NCBI GenBank assembly: GCA_044892525.1
Contig: CM097888.1
Span: 89,156,001 to 89,220,000 of the forward strand
DNA: 64,000 bases
Direction: 5' to 3'
From: Schmidtea polychroa
Lineage: Eukaryota
The notes beneath the pieces are model-generated. The model searched no databases. It was given only the letters and a program-made list of their open reading frames with translations, and was not told the origin of the DNA. The position numbers were made by a program, and so were the translations under genes. Of this stretch, positions 37,251 through 50,880 are shown in pieces (the stretch's first letter is position 1; every line of letters starts with the position of its first letter).

Positions 37251-39609
37251 TCTGTCATTTTTTCAATTAGCAACAGAATTTTAAGAGTATTACCACCTAT
37301 TATAGTAGCTGGAAATGAATACAAAGTTAACAATCTCAACATTAATATTTGAATTCGGGTTTTAGGGGCGCTAGATATATGAAACGCACAGGGCGCAATA
37401 ATGCCCTAATGCGGCCTGATAATTATTGCCATATTTATTGTAATTATTATCAATATAATTTTTTCACAACATTTGTTATTGAAACAAAACTGCAAGTGAA
37501 ACTTGATGTATTTTCATATTCTAAACCATGTCAACACAATGAAATTATCCACATATTAGTTAATATATAATATTATAAATGGAATATAAATATTTACATA
37601 AAAGATAAATTCATTTATATATAATTCTACTCGAGCTTTGTTTATATAATGTGGGGAAATATTATATTATTAAAAATTATAAATGGATTTGTTCAATGCA
37701 AGTTTATAAAGAGTAAATCTAATAATAATATAAATATAAATAATATTTATTAATTTCAATTCATTGCAGAAAGATTTCAGTAAAGTTCCAAGTAGAAAGA
37801 AATAACCTTGACTGTCTATATCATGACAGAATTGAATTAATAAATATCAGGAAAAGTGAGATTTTGATAATTATTTTTATAACGGGTAAAATATATAGTA
37901 AATAAATCTCATTGGCTTGTGTAATGAATGAATTATGATTGGTTGATTGACACTTGATAAATGTTGTGCCGAGCATTTGTGGTTATCCCTAATAATTTAT
38001 TGGTCCACTGACAGCTAATAATATATTCTATTTATTTTCATTAATTGACACAAAATGAATTAAACATTTTCTCATACATCAATGCTATTGGTAGGGAATA
38101 ATTTATTGAATACAGAGGAAATGAGCCTGGGACGCAGCATTATTTGTTTCTATGCTTTGTTATGTTAGGGGAGAATTTGAACCTTTCTGTTATTTGGCTC
38201 TCTCCTGAGCTGGGGGCGGTCAAAGGGGCTGGAACGGATCTTCATGAGCTTGCTGTTGACTGCTGATTGGAGCTGAATGCTGATTTTATATGCCAATAAT
38301 CAATAATATTAATAATAATAATAATAATGAAATATATTCAGCGATAACTGAGAAATATCAACCAAATCAAAATGGCCGCCTTTATTTATCATTTGATGGA
38401 AATGTTATCGGCATAAAGGTAATTTATATTTTGTTTTGCTAGAGCTTTATCTTTATTTGGTTGTTTTCACTGCTGATGCGCGTGAATGGTGATCATTTAT
38501 CCATTTATGGTGAGGGGGGGATCAATTGGCTGGCGGGTAAATGCGGCACTGCAATTCATTGCCATGCTGAATATGTGTGATCGGTTCAAGGGATTGGATC
38601 AATCAATATTGATTCTGATCTGAATGTTTGTGAGCAATGAACCGGAAAGTGCTCATAATAATATCACAATTGGATAAATATAATTTGCAACAGCAATGAT
38701 GCCCATCTGGCAATGTTAATGCTAATTGCAATTATTTTTTCTATTTATAGCAACATCGCAATTAATATTAATATTATCCAATCAAATGGCTAGATAATGC
38801 AATATTAATTAGTTCTATTTATAGTAAATCTAAAATATCCTTCTGTCATATTTAGAACTTTGTGTAATATGAAATCATTTGTGTAACAATGAAATCAATA
38901 AATACACAAATATTCTCATCTGCTAGATAAATTTAATTTATATATTTAAATATCTCAAATATCTCAATCAAATGAATGCTGAAAAATATCTGCTGATCTC
39001 AATAATATAATTAATGCAAATGCCAATGAACCAGAATCATATATATTATTTATCAATGAATTCTGGACAGCAACAACAAATAATATCAAATATTAATCAT
39101 AATGTGAAATATAATGATAATTACAAGCAAATATATAAAGCTGCAATCAGATATAATTGGCATATATAACTCTCCCTATCTCCCTCTCACGGGCATTTGG
39201 GCACCCCGTTGCCATGGCTGCATGATTGCATATATATGCCTGCTTTGTAGCACTTGGAGCTTTTATCATTGAGATGAAGCAATGCCAATTGGACATTTGT
39301 GATAAATATCGGTGGGTTATTACCAGTGGCGTTACTAGGGGGATGCGGGGGATGCGGACCGCACTGGGTGACACCAAATAAAATATTTGAAAATATTCTA
39401 AATAAAGCCTCCAATAACTACTTATATATGCTATTTAAATATTGTGTCAATTTTGATTTTCAAACCCTATTGAAATATTTTTTCTTTCCTCTGTTGGCTG
39501 ACACTGCCGGAGATATCTGCTCAACGATGATGTTTTTTAAAATGTTCTATATTATTCTAATTATTATTTTTTAATTTATTCTATTTTTTTTTAATTTCTT
39601 TATATATTG

Positions 39610-40680
39610 TCAGTTATTCTCAAGGTCAATGACAACAGATCAAATTCATGATTTCATTGATTTCTTCTTTAGTGTTGATCTTTGGCTGTCTGTTTATAAT
39701 GAGAATTGCTTCTTTGAATCTGACATTTTTCTTTTGGATGTTTCCATTAGCTATGATTTCTATTGAAATATTTTTTCTTTCCTCTGTTGGCTGACACTGC
39801 CGGAGATATCTGCCCAACGAGGATGTTCCACCAGGATCTAGATGTTCTTTAACTCTTTGGTGCAAGGTCCTGAGGGTACTACAAATGTAGATTTCATTGC
39901 ATACATTGCACGTGATGCAATAGACGATGTTTTTTCTTAAAGCACCTATCTTTCGGTGTCTGGCAGTTTTTCATTTTCTCTATTTATGTTGCCTGCCAGA
40001 GCCCTTCTCAATGTCCAAGATTTATGTGCTATCCGAATTGGAAGACCGATACGTTTAAGTTCTTTCAGGATCTTGAAGTCGAGTATGTCACTGATGAATG
40101 GGATATTCAGATAGAAATATTTCTGATTCTTTTGTGTTAATTCCCTAGATCTTCTTGGGGTAGAATTCATTCTTTCAATGTCCTCACCTTGGTATCCATT
40201 TCGCTGTAGGATTTTATTGAAATTTAATTGTACTTTAAAGTTTTCGTTTTTCTCCGTGCATCGATTGGCTATTCTTCGTTTCTCGTTTCTTATGACATGT
40301 ACTTTCTGTAAGTATGGAAGCGCTGATCTTTAGTGCATAAATATTTCTTTGCGAGCTGGTTTTCTGTAGAACCCGTATGTTTGAGTGTTTCCTTCTATTT
40401 TGATTCTCAAATTCAATAAATTGAGGGATCCATCTTCTTCCGGATATTCGATTTCGAACTTAAAATATTAATGAGCCGCATTGAATGCATGAAATATTTC
40501 CTCCGCTTCTTTTCTGCTTTTGGTCGTGATGAAGATATCATCTACATATCTTGCTTAGAAACCGATGGATTGTATGGTCCTCAGTGTTTGTCGTTCGAGG
40601 TTTTCCATAAATATGATTGCTAGCAATCCTGATATGCTAGAACCCATAGGCAGACCTTTAACTTGTTTTTAGAATATTTT
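39610..40680 (-). mobile_element. Duplicate Penelope-like remnant
   Basis: Same sequence at +18,865. Confidence 0.88.
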
Positions 40681-41148
40681 GTTCAAAGAAATTAAAAAAA
40701 AATAGAATTATTTAAAAAGTAATAATTAGAATAATATAGAAAAAATTTTTAAAAAATAGGGTTTGAAAATCAAAATTGACACATTTATTGAAATATTTAA
40801 ATAGCATATATAAGTAGTTATTGGAGGCTTTATTTAGAATATTTTCAAATATTTTATTAGGCTTCTAGAAGCTAATTATAGAAGCTGTAAAAAAATTTAA
40901 ATATTTTTAGTTTGTGTCATTTTGAAATTTTAAATGTAAAAATTTTAAAAGTTTTTAGTAAAACAATTCATTATATTTACAACCAATGAGAATTAAGAGA
41001 ACGGAAATAAAAGAAAGATTGAAAGGTATTTTAGGGAAGAACATTGCTTAATTCCAGGAGATTGACAAGGACTATCGTATAGTCGAAAATTCTTTCATTA
41101 AATACATTATTTGCAGCAAAAGGCTTAAATTATCATTTTATTGTTTTA

Positions 41149-41183
<35 letters not shown>

Positions 41184-41239
41184 TAATATTAATCAGTTCG
41201 TACAAAACAATTCTACAATAAATACAAAATCACATGTTG

Positions 41240-42335
41240 CCAAAGATTTATCCAAAGAGCATTTCACATCAATCTCAATGCTAAGCGCTCCTGGATTCAT
41301 TGGTAATGCACTTTGTGATCATGTGAATGGTTATTATGAATTCCTCTAGACATCGTCCACAAATTGAGGCCCTCTCAATATCAATGGCTGCCCTTCCATA
41401 GCAAATTCTTTGTCAATAAATCTAGTAATTTATTATTCTGTTTCTCATAAATGTTTCCAAGCGCGATTGGCATGGCAACCTTTCAGCCTGGCCATTTGAT
41501 ATAAATAGTGTTGATGAGCCATGAACACACATTTACTGCATGAAATGACATAAATATATCATTCTAGATCATTCCGCCATTGCAAGCATCTCACCCCATG
41601 CAATGAGAGTTCCTGGGGAAATGGTAAATATTTGTTTGTTTTATATTTTGTATGATTTATCTGATTGTTGCGCATTGCCAATAAGTGATTGGTGCGGATA
41701 ATAACCCCATTGGCCACTGGTGAACCATTTCCCCATTCATGCTATGGGAACCTATTTGTAATGCTGTGGGGAAATGGATTCATTATTGTAATATTTGATA
41801 CCAAATGCTCAGCGCTGATTATATTCACCGTGACCTCAGGGCTTTGAATGCTTCCATTCATCCGTTATGATTATATATACGGTTTATAGATCTCCCTGAT
41901 GATGCTGGGAATCATTGGGACAATGCTGCGATCTAGATCAGATATGGAAACGCTTATTTTGTGTCACCTAGCGCTTATATTCCCTTATGCTCATTGCATT
42001 TGATTGAGTGTTATTGGAGGAATGTGTTTATTGCACCTATAATTGTTGGTGTTCCTTTTGATACCGCACCAATTGCAATGGCTAGAGATACCTGAGCATG
42101 ATTTGCGGCTTCCTGGGAGGCATTTTTATGAATTCTTTGCACTTTTATGAAAGGTCTTAAAAGATATTACGAGGTCATGTTATTGAGAGGCTTTCGGGAG
42201 ATGTTCGTGGTGATTCTTGATCAGCCTTTGCAATCTGATGGTGCTGATATTGACATTGACGGCCTGACAGCGAGAGTGATCAACAAATGCAATCATCAAA
42301 AATCCATCAGTAAAACAACTAAGGGATAATGATAA
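41240..42335 (+). pseudogene. Duplicate of the tyrosine kinase ghost
   Basis: Same sequence at +18,865. Confidence 0.5.
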
Positions 42336-43197
42336 TAATAATGACAATATGCAACCTAGTACCGGCACTCCTTCAGTCAACCTAAAATAGAAGGGGCTAA
42401 GGTAGCTCGCAGTGAAGCCTGGAGCACAAAAGTTTTGCAACAATTGTAGTGATAAACTTGCAATGTGCTTGGAATGATTCAATGCAAAACATCGTTAAAT
42501 ACTATTTATAAAATAATTTTATTATATGTTATACGTGATGTTATATTTCATTATAGTGAATTTCTTTTTATTTCTAAATAAAATATAAAATTTTTTAATT
42601 TCTTTCAACAAAATGATTTTTTAAATTTTAAGTACTATTTAAATAGTTTACTATAAAATGTTTGTGTGCCACCAGTGGTAAACGCATAATATAATCAATT
42701 TTTGAATATTCCTGACAGTCGTAAGTATAAAAACTTAGTTTTAATATAATATGTTAGCATTTTCATAAAGTCCTATAAACATACACACCGTGAACCATCG
42801 GTGGCGCACACAACCAGAAAACAAATCGCTACTGTACCGCCTGTGGTACACGATTTTCAAATGGCAAAAACTTTAAAAAAACAAATTTCACGAGCGTGTT
42901 AACATTTGGATGGGGTTGCACAATTTTGATTTTATATTTCGATATGTTGCACAATTGTTAATATTTGCTCTTTATTGGCTCTTTACTGAATATTCTTTAT
43001 GCATTTCAGGATTCTCGATCTGTTATCCAAGGTTATTATGATTTATTATATTTTATATTTTGTTTTAATCATTGCCATATTTGCCAATATTATTATTATT
43101 ATTAATTGAGTAAGCAAAGATTTCATGTAAAATAGCCTAAAATAATGTTATTATAGGAATGTATTCCATTTTTCACATTTGCTATTGCTATAGATAG

Positions 43198-45298
43198 TAG
43201 GGTGGAGCTTATTTTTTAACTTTTGAAATATGATCTTCTTACCCTCTAATTTTGTTCCTATTTATGAAATAATAATTCAGACAACATATGAGCACAATTG
43301 AACAATATTTAGAGGTAGCTCAATGACGGTGAAGTTTCCAGCACTCTGGTCGTCAGACTCCGACGGGTCCATAATTGTATTCTTTCAGTGTAAAATATAT
43401 TTCACAAGCCGTGTGGTTACTGGTTAGGGGGCTTTAATCATTTTTAATCATTACAATCAATAATAGCTGGAATTGTTCATTCAAACAAAATAAAACTAAA
43501 CTTATGATATTACGTAATTATCATTATTATCATAAAATTTTTGCATCAGCTTAGTGTTTTTTAATTTCTAATAAAAGTAACTAACTTTTGCCCTTGATGC
43601 ATGTAGGTTTGCTTACTTATTCACAGGTTAGAGGCAGTGCAATAGACTACCAAAGCTGACAGCCATTTTGCTAACTTAAGCAGAAGAAATACAATTTTTG
43701 TTTCAATTTATTATTAATGATTGAAATAGTGATAAATTTGTAAATGTGATTATTTTTTCATCAACACTACACTACAGCAAACCAGGTATTTGAAATTATT
43801 TTTAAATTTATACAATGTAGTATCACATGTTACAGGTTTATGGTTTATCTTAAAGTTTCAAATATGTGTAATTTGTGTGTGTATGTGTTTGATTGTGTAA
43901 TGTGTATGACCTTATTTGACAATCTGTGTATTGCAGTGTGGAGGTTGACTGGTTGAGTCCAAATATTTTTAGAATTGTTGCAGCAGTATGGCAATTCAGA
44001 ATGTTTGCTTGATTGAGGCATATTGCTCTACTTTATTAATACAATTATTGTTGAGTTAACACTGCTAAATAACTGTTTTTAATGTTTCATGTTTAAAATG
44101 GTAAAATTCGTGATTCCAAATGCCAAATGATTGATAAAAATGCCTTTTCTAATTTTTTTCAGACTAATTTGAGCCAGCCGAGGGACGATTATAAAGAATT
44201 CTTGGAACTCGTGATTGTCTTTCTCGGTGCTGCTCCTGCCAGAGGAGTGCGATTCATGTTGCCCGGAGCAATGCATCATGCTCGCTGGATGAGTAAAGTC
44301 ATATACAGTTTAAAGATCTGGATGTTCAAGGCTCAATTCAAACTTACTTCTGCAGAAGAAAGAGGAATACGCGATGTGTGTGTGTTTGCAGTACGCATCT
44401 ACCTGAAAGCCTGGATCTCTGCACCTCAAGCATCCGGTGCTCCTTACAATGACTTTCTGCTGCTCAAGTCTCTGCTTGAATACTCGTCTATCCATTCTGC
44501 AATCTCAAAGCAAACATCACATAAGTTTTCCAATCATTTGTGGTACCTGTCACAGGAACTTGTTAGCTTGGCTTTCTTCGACGATCGTGTTAATTCGTCA
44601 ACAAAGAGACTGATGGTGAGTGCAATGCAGAGCGAAGAAGAGCAAGATAAGGACCATTCAAAGAGAATTACAGTTGCTCTCGATTCCTTTAAGACCAAGA
44701 ACTTGGAAGATTTTGTCACAGCTAAGTCAATGACCCTGCTCCGAATGCTGGAACTTCCACATGGATTCCTCGCGGTTGATCCTGATTTGTGGGAGGACAG
44801 AGATGATTTCAGGCAAGCAAAGGAAACAGTCAAGTCACTGAAAGTAGTAAATGATCATGCCGAACGTGGAGTTGCCTTAATTCAGGAATACAGCGGCTTG
44901 TTAACTCACGATGAATCACAGTTACAATTCCTCCTGCAAGTTGTCGAGGATCATCGTCGAATGTACCCTGACAGCAGGAAACAAACTATGTCTGGAGTAC
45001 CACATAAACAATAAATTTGGAAATTGTTGAACTGACACCCTGAACTCTTCCCAAAACTGAACTGAGATTGCAATCTAATTGTGTTGAAAAATTTATACTG
45101 ATTTGTTACAAATAAATTGAGAATTTATGTAATTTTCATAATTTTGGTAAATTTGAAGCACTTGAGCTACCCCTAAACACAATAATTTATTATTCAAACT
45201 TTTTATGTAGTGTTTCTATATTATAAGGAACAGATTAGGAGGGTAAGACTTTCAAAAATACTTTTTTTAATTTTTTTTAATTTTTAAGCTCCACCCTA
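43198..45298 (+). mobile_element. Duplicate hAT-like element (ORF 44127-45014)
   Basis: Same TIR, TSD, flanks and protein at +18,865. Confidence 0.88.
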
Positions 45299-46645
45299 AT
45301 AGATAGCGTAGCTTATTGCAGTTGCAATGAATAACATCTGAGTGAATAGTTATGTTTCGATATTATAAGGTGAATGTGATCCTACTAATCATAAAAAGTA
45401 ACAATTAATTATCAAGCTTCCAATTTATTCAGATATCCCAATCTAATTATTTGTTCGTTATTTCTTGGATCCATAATTGATTTGTGTAGTGGTTGGATAA
45501 CAAATCTATTCGGGTTCATATTATTGTTAGGATTTGTTACATATTTCGCGAATTATAATGTTGGTCTATGAGAGTCAACACTAAAATTATTGGGGGCCAA
45601 ATACAGTTAATCTTGATAATAATAACATGGCATCGAATTTGCTTTACTCGTCTGAGATTGATTAATAGAGCCTGATTGATAAGTAGAAGTATTAGCTGAT
45701 TGCATGAATTTTGATTGACTCTTGGAGTGAGATATATTAGACTGCGATGTTCCATCTAATGTGCAATTATAGGTGATATTTGATTGGCCATAATTGTGTT
45801 CTGATTTATCCTTATTCGCTAATGATCCCATTTATATATAATATAATATAATATAATATAGTATAATATTTATATAGATTTTGTTAAGGCCGTGTAACGG
45901 CTCACTACAAATATTTTAATAAATAGTGACAAATTTTGTATTATAAATCTGATATTGTTATCACCACACATGTAAAGAAATATATATTGGTAATATCCTA
46001 ATATCCGTTTTCTAATTACCATTCATATTTGATGAAAACCTTCACTTCATTGAAAAGATACTCCTCAACAAGTACAAAGGAATATTCTCATTAATTGTGA
46101 ATATTTTATGACCTCAACTTGCCCTCTGGGGATCCTGCAATTCTAAAAGCCCAATTCAAATCGTTGTATAAAAGCTTAGAGTGAAACTTTTGGCAAGATT
46201 TATTGCTGGCCTATAAGGGTTTATTTCCATCTATTAATGATGTGAATATTAATATATATCTGGTGGATGATCGCAATTTCAATTATATAATTTAAACAAC
46301 ATATTTATTGCATCAACACGGATCAGTTATGCTAATAAATAATCCCAGCCAATGACAACGCAATCTGCCAGCGGCATTTTATTATTTCCTTTGATCTCAT
46401 TTCTTTCATTTCAGATGTCGCCATTGGAATTTTATATTTTCTTTTGGTGATATTCATTATTTTGACTGCTTATTTTGCTGTGAAATTCAAAAGGAAACGT
46501 GAGAAACGAGTGGAAAAGCAGAAAGAGTAAGGATTTATTTCTTGATAAAATTACTGATTTCTAGAATTGGATTGCTTTGTGATCCCCGCTCCTTGCTAAA
46601 ATAGCGAAATATAACGATAAAATAAAAATAGCTGGAAAGCGGACT

Positions 46646-46805
46646 GTAAATTGCACATAAATAGCCAGCATAAATTGCACATAAATTGCACATAAATTGC
46701 ACATAAATAGCCAGCATAAATTGCACATAAATTGCATATAAATTGCACATAAATTGCATATAAATTGCATATAAATTGCATATAAATTGCCAGCATAAAT
46801 TGCAT
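46646..46805. repeat. Duplicate minisatellite
   Basis: Same unit order at +18,865. Confidence 0.95.
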
Positions 46806-48667
46806 AGGAATGCGCTTGGTTGTGGGCAGCATAAATGGAACATGAATGAATGATAGATGAATCGAGATGGGGAAATATGAGAAGGGAAATGCTCCAACAC
46901 AGCTCCAATATGGTAAAGAATCACATATTGAGGAATCACATATTGAATATAGTGAAAATGAAATGATTGATGCTAGAAATATTGCTGAATGCTTGGCCGT
47001 AAATTTGTATTGATGAGAGAAATATTAGATATAATGATAAGGTAGATGAAGCGGTGAAGGGGTACCCCAGGATAATCAATCAATCTGTGATGATAATGAT
47101 GATGATGTAGGCAATGTTGATAGGGTTGTGACAGAGTTGTGACAGTAGGCAACAGGTCAAGGGAGATGAAACAGTTGATGAGATCAATTATTCAAAATTT
47201 ACACATGAGCAATTATTCAATATCAGTTTTATTGATTGGGTGCAATTTTGATTGATTTTGTGCAATCGATATTTGGGTGAATCAATACAATATTATCAGA
47301 TAATTTACCGGGCAGGGGGAGGGGAGCCAGCTTGGATATATATTTGACTGGCTCAGTGAATTCACCCGTCCAAATGTTGCCCACTAACCGCAATTTAATG
47401 ATATTGAGCCAATAGAAATAGTGACGGAATCAGTTGCCCTCCTCTCCAACTGGATTATGCTTGCTCCTATTTGCCTTGCGCAGTTTAATCATTTCCATTC
47501 AATCCGATAATACGCAATCAAATATAATTTGTGTAAAATTATTTATTTATTGAGTTTCGGATTATTTCTGGTTTCGAGTTGTCTGATTGGTTGGAAATTA
47601 TTTCTAATAAATATGAAATTGCTATGAAATTGCTCATTTAAATATTATTGATATTATTAACTGAATTATTTATATTTAATATAATTAATTGTTTTTTTGT
47701 TTTAATGGGAGATTTTGAATGATTCGGATAATTCATTATTGATGCGATTGACAATAAATATGAAGGAATTTTAATGTTTGTTTGATTGGTGGTGAAAGCT
47801 GATAAAATATTTGATGAGTTCATTGCTAATAACAAGATATGAATGCATGGGGGTCACCTTGGCTGTCTGGGCTCGCTGACTGAGCTTTGATTGGATGCAT
47901 TTCACAGCTGGTTTCATTGCTGGATTTGATTGGCTGATTGAGGGATTATAGAGACGAATCAGATATTGTTATTAGCTGAGCAATTGGGTGATAACTAAAT
48001 ATATTTCTAGTGCAAATGATCCACTGATATCGGGGCCAGAGGATGGAGCAGAAGTAGCAGTTCCAACCGTGCCGCAACAAAGCAATAAGCAAGACGGATC
48101 CGACAAGTTCTTTTAATATCTCAATTAGTAATAATTAATCACGGTTAAGAATCAGATCTGTATCAACAATTGCCAGTGATTCATCACTCCCTAGTTATTG
48201 CAGTGACGCCCCGCTGGTGTGACAGTGGCCTCATGACTCCATATTAACTTTTTCTAAAGATCATTTAATATATGTAATAAACAATTCGCAATAATTTCCA
48301 TCATTTATTTCTTATAAACATTTCTTATTGCAATTGAATTTATAAATAAATAATTGTTGACAGTTTTATGCAATCCGTCACGCACCGTTGGCAACTGGCG
48401 GACAATCTGCTGATTTGCCCATTTACATTTCATTTTCACTGATTATTTCATTGAAATGATGAATAAAAACCCTTGCAATTGTTATTATATAAAGTATTAC
48501 ATCATCCAGTTCCATTATTACATAACAAGTATACGCAGCATTCATGAAGCCGTTGCAATCAGCACAGAAATCCGAGTTCCGCCTGTGATAGAATACGCAT
48601 TCAACTGCCTAATGAATATAATGATAAAGTTTATGATAATGGTTGTGCTGGGTAACAATACATGATA

Positions 48668-49945
48668 CAGGGTTTTTCATCATATTTTGACATTTTGTCA
48701 ATCAATTTTGACATTTTGTCAAATCAATTTTGACATTTTGTTAATTTTAGAAGAAAATTAAAAATTAAATTAAAAATTAAATTAAAAAATAAATTAAAAA
48801 ATAAATTACTAAATAAAATAATAAAATTAAAAAAAAATGAGAAAGTAAATAAAAATACTACTTTTATTCATCAATAACCGGCTCATTTCTTATGCAAAAA
48901 GGTAAAAACCCTAACATATGCCTAAAATAATTTTTACAATCATCAGATGAAATAAGGGAAGAACCATTCTCAATATTTTCGAATAACTGATCTTCACCTT
49001 CAGGTCTCGAACTACGTATAAATTGTTTCCATTTTGAAAATAGGTTCTCTATAGGGTTAAGAAATGGAGAATAAGGTGGCAAAAATAGGATTCTATGTCC
49101 TAATATTTCAATTTCTTCTTTTATTGCAATATTTTTATGAAATAGAACATTGTCCATGATAAAAATTGCACCTGAAATATTCAAAGATGACATTTTTTCA
49201 ATTATTAAGCGTATAAACTCAAGAAAACTTTGTGTATTATACGATTTAGTCTGAGGAAAATATTTAAAAATCCCTTCTTTGTTCATGGCACAGCAAACAG
49301 ATATATTTCGTGCTCTTATAGAAGAAACATTTTGAACAGCACGTTTATTTTTCAAAGATCTTCCTCTTCGTGATCTTATAGAAACATTGAATCTGACTTC
49401 ATCGATAAAAAAAATTTTAGAATCATCGATAGTTGACAATAATTCCATAAAACGATTCGCATATTGGGCTCTAAATTCAATAACTTCCACGGTATTCCTT
49501 TTTATCGGCATTATATTGATGCGCTTCATACTATAACCAAATCCACCTATACATCTATTAATCGTGCTTTGACTTACTACCACACCTCTCTCAAGCTCAA
49601 TCTTCGACTTTATTTGCTTTAAAGTAAGCGCGCAATTTTCATCAATCCATCCTCTGATTGCTTCTTTATCTTGCTCTGACAAGCTTTTTCTCCGCTGACC
49701 TCCCCTTTGCTTTTTTTCAATAGATTCATGGTTTTTATACTTTTTTATTATGCTATAAATAGTGGTTCTTTTAAAACCCAAAATTGATGATAAATCCGAG
49801 GCACTATGCCCTTTTACATAGGCTTGTATAATGCGATTTCTGTCTTCGTTATTAATGTTTTGGTTTTTCATTAGAAAATGTCAAAATTGATTGACAAAAT
49901 GTCAAAATTGATTGACAAAATGTCAAAATATGATGAAAAACCCTG
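48668..49945 (-). mobile_element. Complete Tc1/IS630-like DNA transposon (1278 bp), TA target duplication
   Basis: TA|CAGGGTTTTTCATCATATTTTGAC...GTCAAAATATGATGAAAAACCCTG|TA. ~70-bp TIRs whose first ~55 bp are identical, made of 21-bp repeats. Empty site ATGA-TA-ATACTCGTG at 29896-29897. Confidence 0.95.
48864..49871 (-). CDS. Intact DD34E transposase, 335 aa
   Basis: Two HTH regions; FFIDE, IMDNVLFHK and FLPPYSPFLNPIE; I count 34 residues between the second D and E. Confidence 0.95.
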   Translation of the reverse strand: MKNQNINNEDRNRIIQAYVKGHSASDLSSILGFKRTTIYSIIKKYKNHESIEKKQRGGQRRKSLSEQDKEAIRGWIDENCALTLKQIKSKIELERGVVVSQSTINRCIGGFGYSMKRINIMPIKRNTVEVIEFRAQYANRFMELLSTIDDSKIFFIDEVRFNVSIRSRRGRSLKNKRAVQNVSSIRARNISVCCAMNKEGIFKYFPQTKSYNTQSFLEFIRLIIEKMSSLNISGAIFIMDNVLFHKNIAIKEEIEILGHRILFLPPYSPFLNPIENLFSKWKQFIRSSRPEGEDQLFENIENGSSLISSDDCKNYFRHMLGFLPFCIRNEPVIDE

Positions 49946-50369
49946 TAATACTCGTGTGATAATATAATGATAATGCTGGCTAACATTTAGTGAGGATCTG
50001 CAGCTTGTACAAGGATTCATGCTCGTTTCCGCTTCCCATTTGAGTTCTGAACAACCCATTTATTTCTACTAATTCCCATCGCAATACCTTCTAATGTTGT
50101 TTAAATATAAAAATCCAGTTGCGAGCAAAATTGGTCTTATATGCTTATAAGCGGCTGGCAGCAAATGGTGAATCCGATCTCTAGGAATCATTATGCCCTG
50201 ACGCGCGTCTGGTTTCACGACATTTCCATAGGAATCCCTTGTATCCCTTGTTAAAACTATTTGTTAATTCATAAAATAATTTGATGATAACATGATGATA
50301 ACCTTTGCAACGAATGTAACAGTCCTATCTACAATTAACAATCATAAAAATTAGCTGAGTTATTCATTT

Positions 50370-50880
50370 GAAAATTTGGTTCATAGTTTATATTATCTTA
50401 ACTTTGTCGACGAAATCTTTTGATTGATCCGCCATCCGTGCAATCTTTAACCGCCTGAAATGATTCTTTTCGTACTATCCTGAAAAGGCTTTGCTGGTGG
50501 CCTTACCCATTTAACCAATTTACAATTATTGATTGATTTGAACTAGAGTGCAGGTAACAACAATAACCAAACCAAACTAAAAAACAATATTTGAAATATT
50601 GGTAAATAAGTGGATATTAGAATTCGGAACTCCATAAGAACTTCAAGCAAATTTTGGATATAAGAATTCGGAACTCCATAAGAACTTCAAGTAAATTGTG
50701 GAAAGAACTCCGAAACAAAAAGTATAAAGCAAATAACAAGTGTAGATGGAATTAATATTTCCAAGCCCCTATCAGCAGAACACGAATGGCTTTATTGAAA
50801 TACATTTCCGAGCGATCATATGTTAACATCAAGTATGTTAACGGCTAACAAAATGAATGAAAAGCTGGGCTGGTTTATTA
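50370..50880 (+). mobile_element. Gypsy integrase remnant with a ~43-bp internal tandem duplication at 50617-50700
   Basis: ILVNKWILEFGTP and FPSPYQQNTNGFIE. Confidence 0.75.

Larger units (their letters stand above)
32050..47013 (+). pseudogene. Laminin-G/EGF membrane gene, copy B, disrupted
   Basis: Paralogous exons. The start ATG is altered, the first LamG exon has AGA>TGA (MSLN*), and it shares the insertion seen at 20459 in copy A. Confidence 0.6.
31470..50510 (+). repeat. Inner segmental duplication, copy B (~19 kb)
   Basis: Collinear with 14010-30416. Carries an extra hAT remnant, a MITE and a Tc1-like insertion. Confidence 0.93.
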
